DNA of 64,000 nucleotides from Spizellomyces punctatus DAOM BR117 (Eukaryota): NCBI GenBank assembly GCA_000182565.2, contig KQ257453.1; one strand, 5' to 3'. Shown piece by piece: positions 12,935 to 21,770 of this stretch (position 1 is its first letter; each line of letters starts with the position of its first letter). The notes under the pieces were generated by a model. It saw only the letters and a program-made list of their open reading frames with translations, ran no database searches and was not told where the DNA came from. The position numbers and the translations under genes were made by a program.

Positions 12935-14233
12935 TCAATCATTTTCCTGATATCGCTTCTTTTTCCATATCACGTATTCATCAAATAGGACCGGCCCTGG
13001 AACAAGAATATTGGAGTTATACCACCAGCGAGAGACAAGAATGACAACTTACAAGCACTATTCTCATCATAGTCATGCAGATTTTCTGCCACCGTTGTGG
13101 AGAATTCAAGAAAACTCTTCCATTGGTCCTTATTTATGACTTTGACCGGTCGCTCCTCGTCCAGGAATTCGAGAAAGCGGGTAATATGGGCAAATCTATC
13201 GGATGGCATGAGGATTTGCCACATGCCCTTGGCTGTTTCGCAAGGAAAGAGAACGGGGTCAGTAGACAGTCCGCACGCTCTGGTAACGAGTCACCATACC
13301 GTGCTACCAGTCAAAAGAGGATAGTTAGATGATTGCATGCAACCAAAAAGACAAGGATGATGCCTTACATCTATGCTCAAGCTCTTTTGATCACTCTCTT
13401 TTGCGAAACCAAACGCAAACATGTACAAGTCTTTAAATTCTTCAGGTCTATCGCTTATCCCTCGGAAATGGTCGAGATACTTGATCAGTTTTGCTGTCGA
13501 ATCGGCACTAGACGTCATATTAGTCTGATGTTGATGGAATGCGAATACTCAATCCGACCCGGTACATACCCCAGGCTCTTCATCCCATGTAGCCATTCGT
13601 CCTTTTTAAAGTATCCCATTGTCTGCGCTCCGAGCTTCCATGCAATCACTAATACCTCAATCTAAATCAAGATAAGTAATATGATCAACCGCATTGACTC
13701 TCAACCTATCTGACGAGCGCAGATCTACCCACCGTTGCAGCATCTACCCCCAGATCTTGACAAAATCGCATCACTCCATCTGGCCCTATAACTCCCGGCT
13801 CGTCCGTATCTTTAGATCGAAAAGCGTTTGACTAAAAATATTGAAAGACCCAAAAGCCAATTCTTTTCCTTACCTTCATACTCGCTAAACCATTTAGCAC
13901 ATCGTATCGCACTAAAGTGTTTTGGTGCATCTTGGTCCTGGTCCGCACATGTCAGAAAATACCCGCAAAAAAGGAATGTACACATTGATCGTACCAGTGC
14001 CAGCTCTGACGAAGCAGTCTTTCCTGTACTTGCTCTAAATACAGATTGAGCAGTGACCAAAAGAATGTGAGCAAGTTGACAATTGTCAGCATGACGGGAC
14101 CAAAGAAAAATATTCACAATGAGAAAAACATTTACCTTGACCGACTCGCACGGCCCGTCCCAGTCTTTGTTTTTTTCCTAGGTGACACCTTACTTGTCGT
14201 TGTCGTCGTGCTTGCTCGCTTTTTGGGTGGCAT
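12935..14233 (-). CDS. DCN1-like cullin neddylation E3 (DCUN1D4/5 type, basic N-terminus)
   Basis: 'MPPKKRAS...', 'FKDLYMFAFGFAKESDQKSLSID', 'VINKDQWKSFLEFS', 'YDENSAWPVLFDEYV' (PONY domain). Confidence 0.9.
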
Positions 14234-14773
14234 GTCGTAATGCTGGCGTGTTTGGCAATTGTGGGAAAACGGAAAAAGATGACAGACGAGTTCCCAAATG
14301 GGTGGGCAGTGGCACCAACGTCACTACTTGAGTGTAATTTTTACGCTGCTCTGTCGTGTTTAGCAGGAAAAAGGAGGTTATTCAATGCAAAATGTTGCTC
14401 AAAGATCAGTTGCAAAAGAATCCTAAAACGACGACGACGACGAAGATGAGTCCACAAGTTGTAGCTTGACTGTGCCACTCCTCGAAGGCAAAGGCGAAAT
14501 GACAATGGGCGGGCAATGCCGCGCACGCTCTCCATCAAGCCCATTTCCCGTTGGTGATGAAAATGCTCAACCTTTGGACAACCTTTTGGAACATGATGTT
14601 TATTTATCCTTCCAATATTAGTGTCAGTAACTAATAACTAAAAACTATACATTGTTTTACACGCTCATAGATGTCCACCATTTACGACGGAACAATTAGA
14701 CAAAACTAACCGAGGCAACTACAAAAAAGACTAACCTGTACAAAAGACACACACAACTACAAAAAGCATTCCA

Positions 14774-16362
14774 CTAATTAACATACAAGACAATCTTGCC
14801 CCATCGCCCTCTCACCAACAGTCCCCAGTCCGTCTCTCCATAGACTTGGATGAGCATGCCGCATTCATCCTTGTACCATAAAGTCAGATCCCTTCGCGAT
14901 CGTCCGTCCAACTTGGCCCTAACGTTCCTAACCACGTCTTCAAATCTCGTTGACTCTTCCACTCTCCATGCAATCGTCTCATCATCACCAATGTGCAACT
15001 TTATTTTAACTGATCCGTCTGCTCCATTTCCACGAGATCGTGAGATGGTTTGTCCCGGTCGAGCGATGGTCTGGAACGAGTTGTATTCGGATATCAAGTC
15101 CATGAGGGTGGAACTGACGTCAAACTTTACATCGACGGGCGTGGATACATCTCCCTTTCGTAACATGAAGAATCGGTTGAGTGCAGGCGAGTGTTCAATC
15201 GGTGGAGGGAGGAGGACAAGGTCCGACAAGTAATTATCCAGAGCTAATTTTCGTCGTTCCTTTTCGGCGGGCGAAACGGGCGGTGCAGGTTGTTGGGGCT
15301 TTGCAGAAGGTGGTGGTGGTGGTAAAAAGGGAATGACACGCGGATGATTGGGTTTGCGACCCGATTCAACAGAGAATTGTGTCAATAGAGCGACATGGAG
15401 AGCCCAGAAATCATCAAACACTCTAAACAAGACGTGCTTGGTCGAGTCGTCGAGATGCAGTTCCACAGTGTACTGGAATCGTCCGTCTGGTAGCAACGTA
15501 TCGGCTTGGACATGAGCAGACACAATTTTTGGCAGTTGACGGCCAATACCGGGGTTATAGAATTGCGCTTGTTTGTCCTGATGTTGTGGTGTATTGGGGC
15601 TTGTGGGAGACGGTAGGGAAGCGTGCATATTGGACCGTGGCGGCGGTTGAGCTGATGCCATTGAGGTGGATGGATGCGATGATGATCGTGATGGAAAGCG
15701 AGAATAAGAGTCATGAGACATGGAGGATGAGGACGAGTGTGATGATGAATCATAGTCTACCGATCTTGGATCTGAGACTGTGGAATAGCTGGATTCGTGT
15801 TTACGGTCATCGTCGTAGACGGTAGTCGCAGTGGAGAGATGATAGGAGCGGTGGTGCGATTCCTGTGGCCGCTCCTCCCGTTGCACAGGGTAATACGTTG
15901 GCTGCGACGAGTTTGCTGCTGCCTTGACCTTTTCGAGCGCCTCAAAGTGTGCAATTGGCACCAAGCCGCGGACCCGCGCGACAGGGTTGACAACTTCATA
16001 GTAATGAGCATCGACTTCGTCAAGGACCTACAAAAAAAGCACAAGAGCGGAGTAAGATGTTAGCTGAGCCGCTCGTTTTTCCCGCGCTTCAAGTGCTTAG
16101 GTAGCGCGTCCAAGCGTTGCAAACTTACATAAAAAAAGTCACCAACGTCAAAGCCGAGCTCGTTGACGAAGCGAGGTCTGTAAGGTCTCGTTGCCTTGAT
16201 GACCTTTTTAGGAGGAAGATTATACACATTGTCAGAGTGTGATGATCCTCTTGTTGGAGCGAGAGGTGATTGAACAATGTGGTTGTGGTGGTGTGGTTGA
16301 GAGCGCTGTTGTCCTTGATATCCTCCTCCTCCACCACCACCTCCAAAGAGCGTCGAGAGCAT
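14774..16362 (-). CDS. Bem1/Scd2-like polarity scaffold (SH3-PX-PB1)
   Basis: 'PPKKVIKATRPY...ELGFDVGDFFY|VL...YYEVVNP...RGLVPIAHFE' (Bem1 SH3a). PX domain 'VLFRVFDDFWALHVALL..F..ESG...RVIPFLP'. PB1 domain 'VKIKLH...LWYKDE'. Intron at about 16028-16128. Confidence 0.85.
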
Positions 16363-16757
16363 CGTTAAGTGATAGGTAGGTAGAGCGATAAAAAAACAAA
16401 ATAAAAAAGAAAACGAACGAAAACGAAACGAAATGGAAGCGGGCAGAAAGCAAACTACAAGCACAAGCACAATGCAAGCACAATGAACTTTTGGGTTTCA
16501 AAGAAGGAGGCGTATGTCACGTGATATGACATTGGGGGTGGAGAGATAAGACTTGATATTTCATGCATGCAATTTATGAATGTTATGGCCATATGTGTGT
16601 GCTTGTATGTGTGTGCTTGTATTGATGTGTGTGGTGTGTGTGCGTAGTTGGTGAGTGGGATTTGGAATAATGGACTTTGTTGAGCATTGAATGGAATTGC
16701 AGCCATTGGTACAAAAGCACACAAGTCATGAGGTCGATTGTTCAGATGGTCCCACCC

Positions 16758-16934
16758 GTGGCCGTTGGCGGTCGTTTGGCGGCCGTTTGGCGGCCGTTGT
16801 CAACCGTCGGTAACCGTCGGTAGCCATTGGCGCTCATGGTGAACATTGGGTGAAATGACCGTTCTGGTCGTTGGCAGTCGTTGGCAGCCGTTGGCAGCCG
16901 TGGGCGGCCGTTGGTGCTCATGGAGACCCATGGG
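16758..16934. repeat. Minisatellite of 10-11-nt units (consensus about GGCRGCCGTT) in two blocks
   Basis: Block 1 'ggccgttggcggtcgtttggcggccgtttggcggccgttg...' and block 2 'ggtcgttggcagtcgttggcagccgttggcagccgtgggcggccgttgg'. Each block ends in 'ttggYgctcatgg'. Confidence 0.85.
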
Positions 16935-17727
16935 CAAGGGTGGACTTGTACGCCATAAAAATGATCCTACTTGAGGGGATTATGTGGTTTTGAAAACTTT
17001 GCCACTGTCAGACGTGACTTTGCCACAGTGGACGACATGCCCTCATTTTTTTGGTGCTCCAAACGGCTTTTGCACCAATAACCCAAATTGACGGTTATTA
17101 TGACAAGATGGGTAGATATGCGCAGGTCATTTCTGCCAATGACGATAGCGAATGTATACCACCTCCTTGTCGGAATGTGTGCGTTGTCCTCCTTGTCGAC
17201 AAAGGATATGCGCGTGCAAGGACGTGAGAGGCGCGGTCTTTTCAATGCGCGGCTTTCAGAATTGTTTGCTACTGAAAGCTTAAAGTTTTTGGTACAATTT
17301 AATCCATGTAGGCGACGATCGGAAGCAAACCATGCTGCAAAAGGCGCGGTGAACCAGATATCATGCTGAGGCGGCTATGCAGCGAATTTCCTGCTTTCGT
17401 ACGGATCGTGATGGTAAATTACATACTCCCCCCGATCATGGCATATTCTCTAATTGTACTGCCAGCAACCTCAAATAAGCACTGCGCAGCATTGTTAGCG
17501 CGACTGCCCTGGGGGGATCCTGCGGAACAGCCAACAGATTTACAATTGTATCGTCGCTGCTATACACATTGGAATGTCCAGATCGTGGGCCAAACGCAAA
17601 AAGTGCGCAAAACATGTCGATAACCAGAGACTATTTTTGCAATCACGCGCACACAACGTTCATTGTTTGTTCTTTCGAACCTTGTTTTTTCGTGTTCGTC
17701 GTGATGTGGGAGGCATCAAGGTCCTTT

Positions 17728-17888
17728 TAGCCGGAGCATGCTACCATTACTTGCCCCACAATGGGATGTCAACAAAAGTAAATCCTCCGGCTACAGAAAA
17801 GAAAACTGTAGAGTTAGCGGGAGCATGCTACCATCATTGGTCCGCACAATGGGTGTCGATAAAAGCAAACCCCTCAGCTACAGCAAAG
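17728..17888. repeat. Degenerate tandem duplication with a period of about 86 nt
   Basis: 'ttagccggagcatgctaccatta...cacaatggg...aaaagtaaatcctccggctacag' versus 'ttagcgggagcatgctaccatca...cacaatggg...aaaagcaaacccctcagctacag'. Confidence 0.85.
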
Positions 17889-17915
17889 TACGCTGCGGAG
17901 GAGAAAACTATCAGT

Positions 17916-17955
17916 CCTCCTCCGCCTCCCCCGCCTCCCCCGCCTCCCCTGCCTC
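17916..17955. repeat. 9-nt tandem repeat (CCGCCTCCC)n
   Basis: 'cctcctccgcctcccccgcctcccccgcctcccctgcctc'. Confidence 0.8.
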
Positions 17956-18122
17956 TTGCTCAATTGCTCAATTTGCAGAGTTCTATAAGTACGTGTTCCC
18001 GCTCTTGACGCCATTCATGCAACCGGAGCAGCAAGTGATTCGAATCCGCGGCTGGAAAGCAATAACTTGTCTCATCGCGATCTTTGCTCTTACTGTTTAC
18101 CTCACTCGGTCCTTCCTCTACC

Positions 18123-18920
18123 ATGTATTTCCACCGCGTTCTGTTGGCCACATTGGCGCTCGGTAGTGTCGCGTCTGCGAACCCGGTGCCAAAGATTGAG
18201 AACGGCCCCGGCCGCGAGCTTGAACATGTCAAGCGGGACGGAACACTGGATTCTTATGCTTGTGAAGCTCAGCTGTCTGGAATCAGCTGTAGCATTCAGA
18301 ACCCGGGATTGAGACTGAATACATGTTGTAGCGTTGGTCTCGCCTTTGTAGTTGCTGGCGGGGTTGTCGGTGGTATTGGTGCATTCCTTTACTGGACGGC
18401 AAAGAACCACGAAAGGTGGTCACGCGTCGTGGGCGGTGAAGATGGCAGCCAGAACAATACTCACCACGCGAAGCGGGCCGAGGAACTGGCAAAAATGCTC
18501 GAGGACATTAACCTATACCTGTCGGAACAAAGTAGCTTCAAGGCACTGACTGATGGGAACAGCACCACGGTTGCCCAAGCTATCGCCATCGAACCCGGCA
18601 GAGGAGTCCTCTTTGGAGAGGTCGAGGTCGACCCGAACGACACGGGTAAAAGCAAGCGTCATCCTGTACCATGGGGTGCACACTATGTATGGGCCAACAT
18701 ATGGTGGTACAACTCGGACCCTCCCATCAGCCAAGGCGGTGCTGAAGCCGCCATCCGTCGTGCTAGTGAAGAGTTGCGCAACCGGGGTATGGCTGCAGGC
18801 GGCTTTGATATCCGTAATCCATGCAACTGGAACGACAAAATGGCCGACTTTTCCCTTATTGAGACGAACGACAAAAACCATGTCGACCACTTTTCCATGT
18901 GGGACAAGAATCCTTTCTAA
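18123..18920 (+). CDS. Intronless 265-aa secreted preproprotein with three Lys-Arg sites, candidate killer-toxin-like precursor
   Basis: Signal 'MYFHRVLLATLALGSVASA'. KR ends at aa 38, 118 and 179. Hydrophobic Gly-rich helix 'VGLAFVVAGGVVGGIGAFLYW'. N-glycosylation sequons NNT, NST, NDT. TATA-like 'tataag' at about 17984. Confidence 0.8.
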   Translation: MYFHRVLLATLALGSVASANPVPKIENGPGRELEHVKRDGTLDSYACEAQLSGISCSIQNPGLRLNTCCSVGLAFVVAGGVVGGIGAFLYWTAKNHERWSRVVGGEDGSQNNTHHAKRAEELAKMLEDINLYLSEQSSFKALTDGNSTTVAQAIAIEPGRGVLFGEVEVDPNDTGKSKRHPVPWGAHYVWANIWWYNSDPPISQGGAEAAIRRASEELRNRGMAAGGFDIRNPCNWNDKMADFSLIETNDKNHVDHFSMWDKNPF

Positions 18921-19300
18921 ACAAGACCTCTTTTGTGTTGCTGACGATAAATATAGATGTTGGCTGCAGTTACATATCGATATACACTCTTATAGAATGG
19001 CATTCTGTTACCTTGTCTGAATAAAGAATCTCATAAAATAAAACAAAGTTTCGTTCAAGGTCATTAATAAGCTGTCCACTATATTATGTAATTAGTCCCC
19101 AATTCGGAGATCACCGGAGCACTCGCGTAACTAAGCCTCTCTACTCAGCCTCAGATGATTTTTGACGATTTTGGGTTTTCAAACGACGGCATAAAGGGGG
19201 TGACATTTTCCTTGGGGGGGCATTTCCCATTTTACCTTCATTTCAACTCGCGCATTTGTCCATTTGACAGCGCTCCCTTGTTCGAAAACCCAGTTGGAGA

Positions 19301-21580
19301 ATGGTCCACGGAAGGAGGACGAGAGGGTGGACCGCGGCTGCGCTGGCTGTTGCCGTGTCGTTCCTTGCTACCTCGCCACCAAATGTCGATGCTTTGGAAG
19401 TGGGCTTGCCTCGGGGCAGTTTTATGATGGCCCACGGACCCGGCTCGATTAAAATATGGGGTGGATCGAAAACGAGCTCCTTTAGTAAGTTGTCTGTTTC
19501 TTTGCTCTCGTCTTGCCGCGTTCCAATATTAACGTGCCATTTCGCGCTCCTCAGACCAGACCCTTCTCCCTTACAACCGCCAACTTGCAGAGACGGACGT
19601 CACGGTCTACTATACAGACTCGAAATTCAATGTCTCCACGAGGCCTATTACGCCGTACATGGCAGCAAGCATGTCCATGACATGCACCGATTATCAAGAT
19701 AAGCGGGCTTGCATTGCGGGCATGTCCATGTTACAAGACGCGACGGACGGAACAGTTTTAACAATGCTCAATCCTAATAATTTTGCGGACCAAAATGTGA
19801 CTGCAATTGGTGCCATGACTCCACGATGGAGTATGTGCGGGGGTCTGTTGGGGGACAAGTGGTATCTGTTTGGTGGTCGTGGAGCTGCCACCAATACCAG
19901 TAAGTTGAACTACTCTCTATCTTAATCAAAGCCAGCCTTAGCACTCACTCAATAATGACCACGTCCAGCGTATTTTGATGATTTTTTTGTTATCAACTTG
20001 GCAACTAAAACCCTCGAGTCAACCGTTACTGCTCCTGCTGTAAAGCGGGGCAGTGCTTGCATGGCACCTGCTGACTCTACCTCTCTTGTGCTCTACGGTG
20101 GAGGCGGAGCAGACGGCGTGTATGACGATACTTGGATTTACAATGCCAATACCAACCAGTGGCGGAACATCACAACTGATGCCAAGGCCAAGGGTCGATA
20201 CCCTGAAGCTCGGTTCGCTGCAGAGTGTGTATTCATAAATGGCAACCTGTACATGTTTGGGGGAGCAAAGATCTTTAACCAGGCCACGAACGAGATTTGG
20301 AGATTTGACGTCCCGAGCCTTTCGTGGCAGTTGGTATTCCCGCCGCTCAATGGTGGCTCATCGACTAGTATCGTCAACCAAGCCTCGCCAAGGTACTATC
20401 CAGCAGTCCTCGGCATAGGGGATCTGTTGGTAGTCTTTGGAGGCCGTGATCTGGAGGGAGATGCCCGCGCTTCAGATGATCCAAACATGTACTTTTTTGA
20501 CGTTAAGCAGAGCAAATGGGTTGACGATGCAACGGCCTTTGCTGCCCTCAAAGGTTCCGCAAATCAAAATAACGGCGGTGGCGGAGGCGGCGGAGGCGAT
20601 GGCGGAAGCAGCAAAACACCTATTATCGCCGGTGTTGCGGGTGGTGCAGTTGCGCTGCTATTGGCCATCGGTGGATTCGTAATGTACAAACGTCGACGAC
20701 CAGCAGCATCAAAACCAGTTAACCTGGAGTATGCGGTTGTTCAAGCCAACAAACCCAACGACGTTGTACAGGGTTCTGGTCAGCCGCCCCGACCTCCTTC
20801 TCCGTCAGTACCGCCTGCTTCGCAGTTGGGAGCTTCCGCGCGACCATTATCGCAGGAGACGATTGTCGTACCTCCTCTGGTGCCTGGCCAGACATCCCCG
20901 GCAGCTGCCCAAGACTATTATATGACATCTACCCCTGCTCAACTGTATGGATCCGCTGCGGCCCTTCGTCCAGAGAACTATCAGACACCATCACCCTTAC
21001 CTGCTAATGAGCCGTATCAGCCCGGCCCCGCTCAATACGACCGGCCCCACTCGACTGCACAATTGGCTTCCCATCAGTCGTACCAGCCTACCCCAGGGTC
21101 CTATGAGCAGGCCAGGTTGCCCCACTCTGAACACTATGAGCGTCCCGTTTCTCCCTATGGAGATTTATCTCAGAGGCGCGCGTCTTTGGATAGGGTTATG
21201 ACACAGAGTAGTCCCCCTCCTTATTCGTTTCCTATGACGGATGCCCTGCACACTGCAGTTGTGCGAGATGTAACCCTTCCCGTTGGACCAGCAAAGGGTG
21301 ATAAGATTGTCCCTGTTGACGAATCGGAAGGCCTCCTGCACATTGGCAAGATTGGGTTCCAACCCAGGGCTGGAGGAAATAGCGACGAGATTGCCATCTC
21401 TCCTGGAGATATTCTTTACGTCAAGTGGGTTTCCTTACCTATCGTCATATTCTGCTTGTATTCCGACTAACATTACATTCTTTTAGGGAGCTATTCCGAG
21501 ACGGGTGGGCATTGGGATGGAATTCTACCAAAGGCACCAGCGGATTCTTTCCGTATAATTGCGTAGAGAAGTCTGGTTAG
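19301..21580 (+). CDS. Type I membrane protein: signal, Kelch beta-propeller, TM helix, Pro-rich linker, C-terminal SH3
   Basis: Repeated 'YLFGG / LYGG / YMFGG / VVFGG ... W' Kelch units. TM 'IIAGVAGGAVALLLAIGGFVMY-KRRR'. SH3 'DEIAISPGDILYVKELFRDGWALG...GFFPYNCV'. Introns at about 19485-19553, 19900-19968 and 21425-21486. Confidence 0.85.
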
Positions 21581-21770
21581 ATATAAACCTTATTAGATGT
21601 CTGCTCATGTGTTTGTATGCCATATATTTTGATAAATTTGTGTAGAAAGATTATAAACAAAAGAACGCAAGTTGGACCCTCAACACGTGACACGATCATG
21701 ACGATCCAAAAATCACCGACACGCTTTAAGCGCTTTTTGGGTCAACAAAGACGGGTGGATGATCAAAAAG

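Noticed and set aside
1633..14233. Ubc12 and a DCN1-like gene in one window as a neddylation cluster
   Set aside because: They are about 10.5 kb apart with four unrelated genes between them. Probably chance.
16758..16934. Repeat array as CRISPR or telomeric repeat
   Set aside because: No unique spacers, degenerate units, internal position and a eukaryotic context.
16967..17623. Short ORFs in the accessory interval as transposon remnants
   Set aside because: No transposase, reverse transcriptase or integrase motifs, and no terminal repeats seen.
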